Shown: one piece after another, positions 12,501 through 27,500 of the stretch
Layout of the letters: each line of letters starts with the position of its first letter
Numbering within the stretch: position 1 is the stretch's first letter
DNA from: Chiloscyllium plagiosum
Lineage: Eukaryota
Assembly (NCBI RefSeq): GCF_004010195.1
Contig: NC_057719.1
Location: forward strand, 66,113,049 to 66,177,048
Reading direction: 5' to 3'
DNA: 64,000 nucleotides
Notes under the pieces: model-generated
Seen by the model: the letters and a program-made list of their open reading frames with translations, nothing else
The model's database searches: none
What the model was told of the DNA's origin: nothing
Position numbers and translations under genes: made by a program

Positions 12501-15500
12501 TCTCTCTGCTTTAGGAAAGATGTTGTCAAACTTGAAATAGTTCAGTAAAGATTTATAAGGGTATTGCTGGGGTTAGAGGGTTTGAGCTGAGTATCTTCCC
12601 TTGGTCGTCGGAGGCTGTGGGGGGACCTTAAAGAGGTTTATAATATCATGAGCGGCATGGATAGGGTGAATAGCCAAGATCTTTTCCCCAGGGTAGAGAG
12701 AATCCAAAAATAGATGACGTAGGTTAAGGTGAGAGGAGAAAAACTTAAAAGGGTACTAAGGGGCAACCTTTTCACACAGAGGGTGAGATGTTTATGTAAT
12801 GAGCTGCCATAAGATTACAAAATTTAAAAGCCATATAGACTGGGACATGAATAGGAACAGTTTAGAGGGCCAAATATTGGCAAATGGAACTAGATTAGTT
12901 TCGGATATCTGGTTGGCATGGATGAGTTGACTGAAGGGACTAAATCTGTGTTGTATAACTCTATGACTCATTATTCTTCATATCCACACTTCACTTGTCT
13001 TGTGCTCCACCTACTGACTGACATAATTTTGTCCACTTAACTGTGCTCTCCAACACAGATTGCAGTGGAGTTTAAGAAAGGGCTGGCATCTGAGACACTG
13101 AACTACAGAACGGATTCTGGCATTGGTAACGGAGCGTAGATTGATCAGATGAGTGAACAATGCAGGGAGCTGGGGGAAGAAATTGACTCAACAGAAAAAA
13201 AAATCCAAATTCAAAGCAACTAAACTGGTTCAGTGGGTAAGAAACTGTAAATAATTCTTGTTGATTTGAGCAGGCTTACTAATCACCAATGGATGGACCA
13301 AATTGGCGACAATGGACCAATACTACTCTTTCTTTTGCTGAATTGTCAATGGTGCATCATATACACTCAGTCTTTGCTTAAATTTTAATGAAGCTCAACA
13401 GTAGTTAAATTGTCAATATTATGGGATGGGTACAGTACACTTCAGGCAAGATGCTTTCACACTGTCTCCAAACAAAATCAGAGGAAGAAAAAACCCTCAT
13501 ATTAGGTGCATTACCTTATCCAAGTCAGGCTCCTGCAAGTCCAGAGCAAGCTCATTGTTATCCATGACAGAGGCAGCTGCCACATCCAGAGGAGTAGAAC
13601 CTCGCATGCTGGGTGACGCTACGTGCAGAAAATAAATAGGTTTAACCTGATGTAAACTCTACCACTTATATCAAATAAATCAGCCCTCAGCAGCCAATAT
13701 GCATGGTGTAAATATATAAGACAGGATACCGTAGCTGACACAGGGAAATGTGTTTGCATTTTGACCATTCATACAACAGAGGGCAGCCTCTCCCGCAGTT
13801 ACCAATGGAGTATGACTGTACAGCCGATAAAGTATGGCTAGAGAATTCCAGTATTAAATTCACTAAGCAATCAGTCCATCTACCATTCACCTTGTCAGCT
13901 GGTTAATTATTTTTCACTTTCTACTAATAATGTTGTCATGACGTAACTAAATATATTCACGTAAGTTAAGTGCTCATATCAAATGTTCATGAAGGAGGTT
14001 CCATTTCTTGTATTCTGGAAAAATACAATCTGCATTAAAAACTGCATTACATGCAAAACATCAGCGAAAGAAATAAGGGGAGAAAACATCAAGAAAATGT
14101 TGCATCTTTTCGAACCAGGTGGCAGAGCTGGATGTTCAATCAAGAACCTTTGCAAAATCTAGTTACCCAGAAAACATTTTTTTTTGTTCTAATCTGGGAT
14201 CTAAAAAGCATTCTCTGCCAGCCTTCCAACTATTTGAACAGGTGAAAAAGAAAAGACCTCAGTCCTTGGCAAATGTGGACCGCAGAAACCAGAGATCTTG
14301 TCTCGTCCTGACCTCTGAGCACAAGATCAGTGTTGTGACACCTATCTATTCACATGAAATGACCTCATCGGTTAAAATTAAACTAGGTACCCAGTCCAAC
14401 ACTGCTATTTTCCAGCAAGTAACTGAGATGGTCAAACATGGCCTTCTGATTCTGACGGCTGATACGACAGAAGTAGCAGAGGAATCGACAGCAGCTAGCT
14501 ACCATTTCAGGGAAAGCAATCTCCTAAAACAAAGACAAAAAGAAAGATTTAAAAAAAACATTGCTGAGCACAATGCAATGAAGTAAACACCAAGTTTAAA
14601 TACTACCCTGTGAAATTCCTTACTTGCGGCTGAGCGTAAAATTCATTTTTAAAATCTCAGCATATTGTCAAACATAAATTAGAAGGAATAAATGCCAAAT
14701 AACCCAGGATACATTATCATTAATAATACATTTTTGATTAAGGTAAATCTCTTTTAAACATTCACCTTGTGAGAGAGAATGGCAGTTAAGCCAAGAGTTG
14801 CACGAAAGTGGAGGAAGAATCTCTCAATGATGATCTACCTGAACCAACTTATCTTCCCTCCAACAGGTGACTAGCTCAACTGAAACACTTGTCTAAGATT
14901 TTGGGATTCAAACAAGCTCCAGAGATGGTCTCATTTCCTTAAAACATTTAAGAGGAAGAAGTTATGCACTTCACTTTATGTGTCAATCTTAATGTTATGC
15001 TGTGTTAATGTTGTCCTTCATTTTATAAACAAGTTCAACTTTCACACACAATCACGGTGGACAGGATTCAGCAAGGGTGAATAAAAGAAAATGTTGAAAA
15101 TATACATGCGGACTGGCAGTATATTTGGAAAGAGAAAATATTACAGATAGGAAGTTTATAAATCTGTTATATTTTGGCACTGTGTTCAACTTGATCTAAA
15201 ATAGATTGGTGAAAGGAGTCTTGTGGCCTCCTCCACATCTTGCTGGAAGACAAGCCAAGATGATTTGGTTGCTATACAGCCTTTGAGGCCCAGGTTGAGA
15301 TAAGAAGGTTTGGGGGTGGAGGAGAGGGGGACAGTTTTTCACATGACTAGAGGAGTTATATTGTCTGTGGATCTTCAGGAGCATGGCATTTCCTGACAAA
15401 GCTGACCTACCCCAGGTTAGAGTGACCCGTTGGATCCAATCAAATTACAGGCGCACTGAGTGGCAGGGACCCAAGTTCGATTCCAGCCTTGGGTGACTCT

Positions 15501-18500
15501 CTGTGCAGAGAATGCACATTCTCCCCATACCTACATGGGCTTTCCGGGTGCTCAGGTTTCCTCCCGCTGTTGGAAGATGTGCAGGTTAGGTGGATGGACC
15601 ATGCTAAATTGCCCCATAGTCTCCATGAATGTGCAGGTAAGGTGGATTAGCCATGGGAAATGGGGATTATGGGGATGGGGTAGAGGGGGTGTGGTGGATC
15701 TGTGGTTGGGCTGATCTCCTGAGGGTCAGAGTCTCAATGGACTAAACGGCCTGTTTCTGCACTGTAGGGATTCTATGATTCAATCCTTATTCAGAGAAGT
15801 GGGAATAGGATTGAGCAGCCCCAGTGACCCGGGGAGTAGACTCCATGGTAATGCACAAGAAAAGTATTTAGCTGGGTGGAAGGCCTACCTCAGTTCTTTG
15901 GGACTTTGTCCCAGGTTTCTGAGACAGTTGACCCTCAAACTTCACCTCTCACATCTCTTCACATGACCCACTGATTCATATCACACCAAGGTTGAAATCT
16001 GCTCTTTCACAAATTTAGCAACTTGAAACAAACTTGAATAGTTAAAGCCAGGAGCAATTTTTTGAGCTTGCTTTAGAATCATTGAATCATAGATTCTAAG
16101 CATTCAGAAAAGTGGCAGAGACACTCGAAGGATGTAAATGTTCAGGTCAGCTTTGTCCAGCTCCTTAAATGGGCTTTATTTCCTTCTGTGATCCAGTGCT
16201 GAGCAAAAACAAATTTCTGGGTATCTCCCTTAACAGATAAAATGAAAGTATTAATCAGCATATTGGCCCATAATATTACCACAGTGCAAGTAGTATTGGA
16301 TCTAATTTCTGGGATGAAGGGATTTTCTTTTGAGACATGGTTCAGCAGGTCAGGTGTCCATTCAGAGTTTAAGAATGGGGACATTATTTTATTGAAACAT
16401 AAGTTTCTGAGAGGTTCCACAGCAATAGTTGCTGAGAGGTTATTCAGCCCTGTTGCAATGGGAAAAGAGCCTTCCTGTCCACTTTATCTATGCCTCTCAT
16501 GATCTTATACACCTGTAGCAGGTCCTTCTCAACTTGCACTGATCCAAGGAAAACAACCCAAGACTGTTGAGTCTTTCCCCACAGCTCACAACCTCCAAAC
16601 AGGCAGCAATCTGATAAATCTCCTCTGCACCTGCTGTAGTGCAATCACACCCTTCCTGTAATATGGGTGACCAGAACTGCACACAGTACTACAGTTGTGG
16701 CTTAATCAGCATTTTATACAGTTCCAGCATAATCTCTTTCTTTGTGTTCTATTCCTTGGCTAAGAGAGACAAGTATTCCCTAGGCCGCCTTAACCATCCT
16801 ATCATTCGTCCCTGCTCTCTTCAGGGATCTATGGACACGTGCACCAAAGTCATTCTGATCTTCAGTACATTTATGGTCCTACCATTCACACTGTAGTCCC
16901 TTTCCTTGTTACCTCTTCCTTGTTGCATTACTTCACAATTGTCCAGGATAGATTTCATTTGCGACTGTTCGGTTTACTTGACCAGTTCATTGATACTCTC
17001 CTGCATTTTATGGATATGCTCCTCACTATTTACAACCTTAATGACTTTCCTGTTATCCATATACCTCTCGATCATACATCCTACATTTAAATTCAAATTT
17101 AAATTTGCTAAAAAGGCAAGAAATTAACCCACTTAGAATCCATTTACCTGCAGAGTTAACAATCAGACTGTTAGTCCCAATGCTAGCAGCAGTTACTTTT
17201 CTCAAACGCTTATTCATCAAATGAAATAGTCAAGTGGTTAATATTTGGATTTCCCCTATTTGTACTGCATCACTAAGACATTCAAAACAAATTGTGGATA
17301 AATACTAAAGTTCCACATCAAATTACTTCAAGAGCATTACAATTCTATAAAGACTTTTATCTGCTCAATGCAAATTACCTGTGATTTATTTCCTCCAAGT
17401 ACATTCACCATGACGTCCATGACTGTCTCATGCATGCCTAGCACTCTCATTAAATTTGGATGTTGATAGAATACTTTGTTGTTCATGATATCCCTGAAGA
17501 ATATGTAATAACAAGACTGAAATTAATACACGATTAATTGAACCATGATTTACCTGAAGTAGGAATTCTCTATGCTAAATCTGTTTTTATTTATAAGGTG
17601 AACAATTCTCACATTCCCCCTTTTTCTGATGGCTGCCAGCTTCTACGGGCACTGAGAATTCTTGTATCTCAAATTAGAGTCATTGACACCTGAGCCATTG
17701 CTGTCAATGTCGGCAGGTTTTTGATCAAACAGCATTATAGTTAAGTTAGGTTTTATCCTTTTTCATCCTCAAACTTCCAGCATGGTGTTCAGGATAGTGA
17801 TCAGTTGTCTGGTCAGTTTTCACCCCTCCATAAATGACAATTACACCAATTGTGCCACTATCTGAATTGACATTGACTAACTTCAACAAACCGGTGTCAA
17901 TCGTGGGTTCTGTGTGGCAAAATCTCCTTGCTGATACACTGGAAAGAGCTTCATCTTCTGTGATATTACAGGCCACATGCCTGTCTGCCATGATAGTCAT
18001 GTTTATATGTTACATCTCTATCTTTTCAGCCTCACATTTCCTCCAAGGAAAATCAGAGCTCATGACACTTATAAGAAATGTAATCTTACAGAACAATTAC
18101 TTTTATATTATTCACTTGTGGAACATGGTCATTGCTGACTGGCCAGCATTTATTACCCATCGTAGTTACCCTTGAGAAAGTGGTGGTGAGCTGCCTTCTT
18201 GAACTGATGCAGTCCATATCTTATAGGTTGACTACAACACCCTTAGAGAGGGAATTCCAGCATTTTGATTCTAGCAATAGTGAAGGAACAGTGATATATT
18301 TCCAAGTCAGGATGGTCAGTGGCTTGGAGGGAACTTGAAGGAGGTGATGTTCTCAAGTTTCTGGTGCTCTTGTCCTTCTAGATAGAAGTGATCCTGGATT
18401 TGGAAGATGCTGTCTGAGGAATTTCTGCAATGCACCTTTTCGATGGTACACACTGCTGCTACTAAGTGTTCGTGGTGGAAGGAATGGATGTTTGTGGATG

Positions 18501-21500
18501 TGGAGCCAATCAAGTTGACTGCTTTGTCCTGGATGGTGGCAAGCTTCTTGAGTGCTGTTGGAGCTTACTCATCCAGACAAGTGGGGAGTATTCCATCACA
18601 CTCCTGACTTGTGCCTTGGAGATGATGGTTAGACTTTGGCAAGTCAGGAGTTAAGTTACTAGCCATGGTATTCCTAGCCTCTGATCTGCTCTTGTAGCCA
18701 CTGTGTTTTTGTGGCAAGTTCAGTTAAGTTCTGGCTAACGGTAATGCAAATAATGTTGATAGTGGGGGGGGTTCAGTGATGGTAACAGCATTGAATATCC
18801 AGGGCAATGGTTAGATCATTGGAGACAGTCATTGCCTGCCATTGGTTTGGCACAATTGTCACCTGCCAATTGCCAGCCAAGCCTGGATACTTGTCCAGAT
18901 CTTACTGCATTTGAACATGGACAGCTTCAATATCTGAGGAGTCATGAATGGTGCTGAATATTATGCCATCATCAGCAAACATTCCCACTTCTGACCTTAT
19001 GATGGAGGAAAGGTCATTGATGAGGTAGCTTGAAGTTGATTGGGCCTACGACACTACGCTGAGAAATTCCAGCTGAGAGGTCCCAGAGCTGAGGTGTCCT
19101 AGAGCTGAGATGATTGACATTCAACACCACAGTCACCATCCTATGTGCCAGTTATGCCTCCAATCAGCAGAGAGTTTGCCCTGATACCCATTGATTCAGT
19201 TGTGCTCAGACACCATAATTTCACACTCAGGTGAGTTTGGCCTTGATGTCAAGGGCTGTCACTCTCACATCACCTCTGGAATTTAGCTCTTTTGTCCATG
19301 TTTGAACCAAGGCTGTAATGAGGTCAGGAGCTGAGTGGCCCTGGCAGAACCCAAAATGAGCAGATTATTGCTGAGCAGGTGCTGCTTGACAGCACTATTA
19401 ATGACACCTTCCATCACTTTACTGATGATCAGGAGTAGACCGATGGGGCTGTAATTAGCTGCGGTAGATTTGTCCTGCTTTTTGTGTACAGGGTATATCA
19501 GGACCATTTTCCATATTATCGGGTAGATGCCAGTGTTGTACCTGTACTAGAACAACTTGGCTTGGGGAGAGGCAAGTTCGGGAGCAGAAGTCTTCAATAC
19601 TATTGCTGGATTGTAGTCAAGGACAATAGCCTTTACAGTAACCAGTGTCTGAAACTGTTTCTTGATGTTACTTGGAGTGAATCAAATTGACTGAAGACTG
19701 GTATCTGGGGACCACTGGAGAAGTCAATGATGGGTCATCCATTTGGCGCTTCTCGATGAAGTTTGCTGCAAATGTTTCAGCACTACGTTATATCATTACA
19801 TTATTCTAACAACGTGCATCTTTAGTCTATACAAACCAATTAAAACAACTAAAGCACATCCATACCCTAATCCACGAATCATAAGCATTTCTTCTTCCTT
19901 CCCCATTCTCACGCTGAGGAGGGATCGAATGCACCCAAGGGAAACCAGTAGACTGACCGTTTCCTGGACCGAGGCAGCACTGATGGTATATGCTTTCCGC
20001 ATGGCTTGTAGCAGCTCACCAACTGCATCATACTGTCGCCGCAAAAGGCTAAACATGGTTTTAATCAGCTCTGGATCTTGAATGTAGGATTCCTGAGACC
20101 AGTGCACTATCGTCTGTGAGATCAGTTGTGTCAAGTTGGCTGAAAGGGAGACAAATTAAGAATAATATTAGACAACAGAAGTCATTTACACTTGGATAGC
20201 TCCTTCTGTCGAGTAATATTCCTGAAAGCACTGTACCCAAAAAAGGGGATCAAACCAGCCTCAAGTATGAAATAAAAAGAAGAGGTTTACAAGTGGTAAC
20301 CAAAGGTGTGGTTAAAGAAAAGGTTGTGTTTTCAACAGGCTTTTAAAATTGGAAAGACCTATAGCTAAATGGAGGGAATTAGGAAGAGAATTCAAAACCA
20401 TTGAAGTCTTGATGGTTGAAAACTAAGAGACAATGAGGCTTTCAACCCACAAGGTGAACTCTCAGTTCTGTGTGCTTTTACTTTAATGCTAATATCTTGT
20501 TAAGATCTTTTCAATAGTTTTGGGAAGTCAGCATAGACAATTACATACATAGATACTGAATATGAACTGCACCAGTTGTACAGCGATGAAATGGAAACAA
20601 AGCACATCACCTTTGGTCTCTGTCTCATTTGTGGTCACAATGTTACATTTTTGTGAGTTTTTTTCTATGATATCCCTGATAATTGATCCTAGTATTTTCC
20701 CAGCCACTACTGTTTAACTGAGTTTATGGAAATATATACTGAGTTCTCTTTGTGGATAAATCAAATGAATCCAAGTGAATACACTGGTATCCAGCACTTC
20801 AACGTCAGTCTCTATACATCATTGCATGATCATCCAAAGGTATCAGAACTGGTAACTTCTCAACAGCCTTTTTGGTATAAGGCTGACAACTTAGTTACTC
20901 AACTCAATCTCCTTATTTTCTTAAAGGAAGTCTCCAGGATTAAGAACAGGCAAACAATCAAAATGTTCTTTTAGACGAGGATTGTAGGATACCACATTTT
21001 ATTTTGAAAGCTATTTGAGGAGCTCTGCTATTAATGACCCCATATATTATACTTCTTTGACACTTGATACAACTGAATCAGCTAAGACTTAGGACTTTAT
21101 CAATGAAAGCAGTCACTTAAGCCAGTACAATGGGGATGGACACCCCCATCTACTGGTGGAGGTCTAACATTTTAGAACTTCCATGTCCTGTAATGTGAAC
21201 TGCAAATAGATTAGCAGGAGAACTGGTGGATAAAGAAATGTTATCAGTTAGATACTGTTGGGTCAAGTTCATGTTTCACTCACTTCCTGACTTTGAATTT
21301 GGACTGTTGCCCAAGATGTATTTTGCCGTGGAATAAACGGATGCTATTCACATGCATATTTTCTAACATCTCCCAGGCCTAGAACAAAGTCTTGGGCAAT
21401 GTCTGAGTAATGGATAAATTGTGATTGTGGAAGACATAGAGACAAGAATAGTAGATAATATTCAGCTGAAACGCCAACCTGATGATCAGATTTCTTTTTC

Positions 21501-24500
21501 ATATCCTTGTGGAAGCATCAAACCAACAATTGAAGAAAACTGGAAAAGCTTGTCACCCAAAACCATTGGTTGGATGATCACTGAGATTTAAAAATGTATA
21601 CAGCAGAATAAAACCAAACATTATAACCAATGGACCAATTGACAGATCAACTTGAAATCTTTGCAAAAACTTCCAGGAACATTGTTGGTTAAGTATTGGC
21701 ATTTAAAAATAAATAGAATAGCTAACTGCTTTACGTGAAAAGCTACTCAACTGTCTTAAGATGAAGCTATAAATCAAGGGTTTGCTTAGGTTTGGCAACA
21801 GTTCACTCTTTAAAGGGAGCAATTCCCTGATAACAATCTGTCACGATATAGTATAGAAATCTCAGTTTCTTTGCTCAATAAATCCCTTAATTTCTGCTCC
21901 TAGCCTTCTACCCAATCTCCAATGAAATCACTATAGATTCAGCTGCATTACTCATTATCACAACACCCTGCAGAATCAGCAGTATGTATCCAGTCTCAAA
22001 GGGTACATTACACACCGACTTCAGTATCACTTGCTTTTGATATTAACATTGGTGTGTAAAGTGAAATTGACACGAACCACCACCGAATTGACCACACTGT
22101 AGCTGCTGAAGTGAAATCAGCAGGAATTGCAGAGACTGGATGCCAGCATGACCACAATGTTCTGCAAATTACATTCAAAAGTGAACAGTGGAGTGAATTC
22201 TGACAATTACATTTTTTTAAAATTAAAGTTATTTAACAAGTAACTGAGAGATAATGAATAAAACATTTTTTACTTTGCTGACCAAGGTGAGAAGTCATAT
22301 TTTGCATGCATTGTTACATCATTACATACACAATGTTCCTGAAACTTCCACAGGCTTCTGTGTAATTTGAAAACCTGGAGCTCAGAATGGGGTTTGAGTC
22401 AGCCATTTCAAATTGTTTTTTTTTAAATCCTAAAGAAAACTGAGGAGCACTTCATGCTCAGTTTATTTGATGTGATGTAAATACACCCTAATACATAACT
22501 TCCATTAAAGGAAATCTTATTGCAATTAGCTTGGCTGCTACTGTCCTGAAGTCAAGGTTTTGAAATGGATTGTCCCTAAAATTCATGTTATTATCTCACT
22601 CAACAAGGTTGGCACTTACTGGGGGCTTTTTCTTCCTCCTCACTTGGAGTCTCTTCAACTTTCTTTGGCTTTCCTTTGATTTTGTGCACCAGATAAAGTA
22701 ATTTGCCCATCAGAGATTCATCTTTTTCTTCTTCCTCCACTTCTTCATATGGTATACCTAAAATCAGAACGCACTGTCAGAACACTGCGTATCAGCTCAT
22801 AATCCCTTACAGGTATATAAAAAAAAAACAAAGCAGTCATCAATTTAGTTATAAAATTCAAAAGACAGCGAGAATTAAAAAAAAAGCTTGAAGAACACCT
22901 GACTATTTCAAATTCAAAATATTCTTCATTTATCCCATTTCCACCCACCACATATTCCATAAAAGGGGCTTACTTAAATTTCTGAGTGAATTCAAACAAA
23001 TGTTTTAAGAGATTTGCTGATGAGACTGAGTCACAACAAAACTTCATTCCTCTGAACTGAACTTGAATATCAGTTGAAAATAGGTTATGTTGCTAAAGCT
23101 TTTTTGTTAAGATTCCCTACAGTGTGGAAACAGGCCCTTCAGCCCAACAAGTCCACACCGACCCTCTGAAGAGTAACCCATTTCCCTCTGACTAATGCAC
23201 CCAACACTATGGGCAATTTAGCATGACCAATCCACCTGACCTGCATATCTTTGGATTGTGGGAGGAAACTGGAACACCCGGAGGAAACCCACGCAGACAC
23301 GGGGAGAATGTGCAAACTCCACACAGACAGTCACCCAAGGCAGGAATCGAACCCGGGTCCTTGGTGCTATGAAGCTGCAGCGCTAACCGCTGAGCCACCG
23401 TGCCACCCATTTTACCTTGCAATCATCAGGACAAATGTAAGAATAAAAAATTTCAAATGATCACAACCACTTGTATTACTACAGTAAAAGCTACTGCTTG
23501 GTTGGCAATGACTTAAATTGGCTGAGATATTGTCAAGTAGAAAGTTTGGGGAAAATTTACTTTAAAAAGCATTAATTAGGTCAAAAGGGTTGCTTGATGA
23601 GAGAGGTCTGGATATATGACATTTTTATTGGTCATTGTGTCAAAGTGTGCATATGGGAGAATGGCTCCTCCGTGATTGACCCCTCAGTCTGGCCTTCAGA
23701 TACTTGTTATTCTGCTGTTGTGACTTTCACCATCTCTTGTTTACAGCAAAGCCTTGAATCAACTGGTACAGAGGCATGATTGAACTGTAAACTACCCGGT
23801 CATGGAATTGACAGTTTTTCACCAGTAGCTATAAAAATGGAGCAGTAGGCAGTCTTCATTTTCTGAATAATTTTGCCTTTTCATTTGGTGATTTTCCTGT
23901 ATGACCACAAGATTATAAATAAACTAAAGAACAAAATAATCAAAATGTTGGTTACTTCACCAAATTGTGAGTAAATTAGCTAACTATACACTCAAACAAG
24001 ACTACTATTCCTCAGTAACCTACAAGTGTCCTTCCATAACAGACGTTAAAAATGCTTGGCTTAGTAATGGTTGATTACATCCCCAAGAAGGGTATAAATA
24101 ACTTGCTGGTTCCATTTCACGCGCCTATAATGTTCCTGTTTTAAAATCACTACAACCTGTTAATGGGCTGTTAATGTTTAGCACACCATAGATAAACTAG
24201 ATTTGGATACGATAATGCTCCGTCTCCAGCATATTGGTAAACATGCTAACAGTCATCCTAAGCATGTCCTGAAAATGAACTCAGAGGTCAGACTGAACAG
24301 AAAACAACAGGAAATGTTGCAGTACAGGTAGTGAAAGAGAAAGCGAGGAATCAACCAGAGATGATCATTTCTAACACGTATCATTTCACATAGTATGAGA
24401 GCTGTGAGGAGACCCATCCGCGCTGAGGAAGCAGCATTGATGTCTTGAAGAAACTTGGTCTTAGAGACTTGTTGTTTGAATGGAATACTAAGTGGCAATT

Positions 24501-27500
24501 TATGCTGGCTGCGTTTCAAGTGAGTGAATTAACTTTGAGTTGTTAGACTGCAAAGACAGTGTTTATTTGCAGGACATGTGGGTAGGATTGGATTTCTGAA
24601 GAAGGGTCACCGGATTTGATTTCTCTTCACAGATGCTGCCAGACCTACTGAGCTTTTCCAGCAACTTCTGATTTTGTGTTGAATTTCTGATTGGTCTCTT
24701 TAGACGACAAGAAACAACCAACAGTCTGCAAGGAATGTGTAAGCTGATCCTGTCCGAAGTCGACAATTTGTTTTGCATTGTATACTTTGGCCCAGTCACT
24801 GTCATGCAGGCTTGGAAGCTCACAGCATTAACGTTACTGCTTTCAAAGAACAAACAGGTCTCACTCCTCCGAATGGAACGCTGGCACTATCAAGTTCAGA
24901 GGAGCCACAACGATTAGACTCCTGAGTTCAGAGAACATGAGGTATGAGCACCTCCGAGTTCAGAGAATGTGAGGTGCTCAAGTTTGCAATGAGTGCAATG
25001 CAGGGTTATTGGATAGGGTAGGGGGCAATGGATGGGATGCTCTTCGGAGGGTCAGTGTCAACCTCATGGGCCATACAACTTCTATCTGCACTGTCGGGAT
25101 AGATTTAGCTGGAACACACTTTTACGAAGACTGACCTTGTTTCTCTCGTCTCATGTAACCAAAATGTTCTAACTACCCATTCCATCACTCAGAGATGATT
25201 CAGAGACCATTCATCTTTTGAATGCCAACATACATTCATTTGAAAGTTCTCTGTTTTTGCATATTTGAGGTTTAAACTTTTTTTATGATTTCTTGCAGCA
25301 GTATTTGAGAATTTTATACTTCATTTTGCCTTTTGAGTTTCAATTTCTTTGCAAAGACTTTCTAGATTTTCTGATGGCATTTATCACTGTTTACAACCAA
25401 CAAAATACTGTGAATATATTGTCATCCTCAGCTAAGTTAAAGAGGTAGTACCACATGGAAAAGCAATTATACTTCTGAAGGCAGTTATGAATCCATCAAT
25501 ATTGATTATGGCTTTCCAGATTCCAACTATCATATCTCAGGATTTTAAATGGAATCCATCTACAGTACTATCTGCTTTAGGGACCTTTGGACAATTTAAA
25601 GAACTAAAAGAGTTCTCCCTTGCTGTGCCACCACTTCTATCAGGCTGATTCCAGAAGGTCAGAAGACACATCTGTTACGTCAGCCAGGTTTCTGTCCATA
25701 GATATAAGAAAACTGACAGAAACTATGTTTCCAAGAGAAATACCTGAAAAATTTCCTTTTAGCAAAGAGGCAGTCCCTGAAGAGGACACAGAATATATTT
25801 CCACATGACAAGTTTCCTGAGAGCCGGGGATATAATAGATGACACTAATATAGTCTGTTGTTTCTATCACTGTGCAAGAATATTGCTTTGCAGCAAACAT
25901 ACTATTTCTGTTGGCAGTATTACCTCCTTCAACAAGGTGTTTTTATTGACAATTTAATTGAGCAGTCATATCAAGATGGATCACAGAGTAATGTGGAACG
26001 TGATGAAAACATTATACATGGTGTCACTGACTTTGATAGTAAATATAAAAACCAGTACCCTCAATGAAATATAAGGCCATATCCTACACTTTATTTCGCT
26101 GCTACTTTTTTTTTTGTAGTTATTTTCTTTGTCATTTGTTGGACATTCTCACAATGCAAATTCATTGGTTCAGTCATTTGGCAAGGAGGCAAAGTAATGC
26201 CACCTCTCTCTATAAATAACTATCACTATGTGGCTCAACTGTGAGCAATTGAAATGGCATACCCTGGGTCCTCAGTATTTCATTACTCACCGCAATGTGT
26301 TTGAAGGTCATCATGGAAGTCACATAGCTCCTCACGCATATCATCAGGGCAAGTGGAATAATCATCATTCCTGAAGTTCAGCAACATGTTAATCTGTAAG
26401 AAAATATTCCAATTCAATGTTAAAGGAAAGAGGATGCAGAATAAATTTCCACATGGCAAGTTTCCTGAGAGTCCGGATACAATAAATGGTACTAATATGA
26501 TCTGTTATATCTATCATTGTGCAAGGGTATTGCAGTGCAGCAAAAATGCTACTTCTGTTGGCAGTATAAAGGCAAGTAAGAGAATAAGTACAAGCTATTA
26601 AAGTGCAACTCCTTACCTGTCATTGCATAATTTGTTTCAGAACACAATTGTTTTCATAAATTGGTTGTCTTTTTTTCACATTCCACGCAAATACAATTTA
26701 TTTAAACTACATTGGCCTTACGAAAGTGGAAAACTATTATTCTCTGCATCTTCCATTGATTTGAGATTTGCAATTTTGTTGAAAAATATGGATGAACACT
26801 TGGGCCTGGATTTTCCAGAAGACTCTCCCCACTAATCAAAAATGGTGGACATGGCTGAAATCAGAAATCCAAAATCTAAATACAGCATCTACCAAATTCC
26901 TGAAGATGGGAAGGAGAGCAGGTCACTTTTCAGGCTTATACATCTTACAGAGGCAGTTGCCTACATAAATCAATAGCTGCCTCCATTTGTGAGATTTTGG
27001 TCACCAAGGAATATAAAACATGAACGGTGTAGATTACACTTGCTGGGATTTGCTTTGAACTTTATAACATAGAACATAGAAAAGTACAGCACAGAACAGG
27101 CCCTTTGGCCCACGATGTTGTGCCGAGGTTTAATCCTAACGTAAAATATAATAACTTAACCGACGCACCCCTCAACTCGCTGCTATCCATTGCATGTCCA
27201 GCAGTTGCTTAAATGTCCCTAATGACTCTGCTTCCACCACCACCGTTGGCAATGCATTCCATGCATTCACAACTGGCTGCGTGAAGAACCTACCTCAGAT
27301 GTCTCCGCTATACTTTTCTCCTAATATCTTAAAACTATGACCCCTTGTACCAGTCAATCCTGCCCTGCTATTGACTCTATCTATTCCTCTCATTATCTTG
27401 TTTACCTCAATCAGGTCTCCTCTCTCCCTCCTTCTCTCCAGACAGAAAAGTCCAAGCTTATTCAACCTTTCTTCATATCCCTCTGTTCCTCCACACTGCC

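Noticed and set aside
14521..14526. TAGGAG tandem acceptor
   Set aside because: GAG is a rarely used acceptor, so the proximal TAG is sufficient.
14119..14586. 155-aa plus-strand ORF, and similar ones at 38760-39185, 19743-20081 and 33019-33267
   Set aside because: Antisense shadows of RYR3 exons with no independent protein signature.
24915..24980. Two ~25-bp direct repeats (gagttcagagaa..tgaggt) with a short spacer
   Set aside because: Only two units in a vertebrate intron; a local duplication, not a CRISPR or other array.
25641..25743. Mutually exclusive alternative to the 103-nt exon
   Set aside because: In the required phase 0 it stops after six codons (GTA TTT CTC TTG GAA ACA TAG) and has no good donor.
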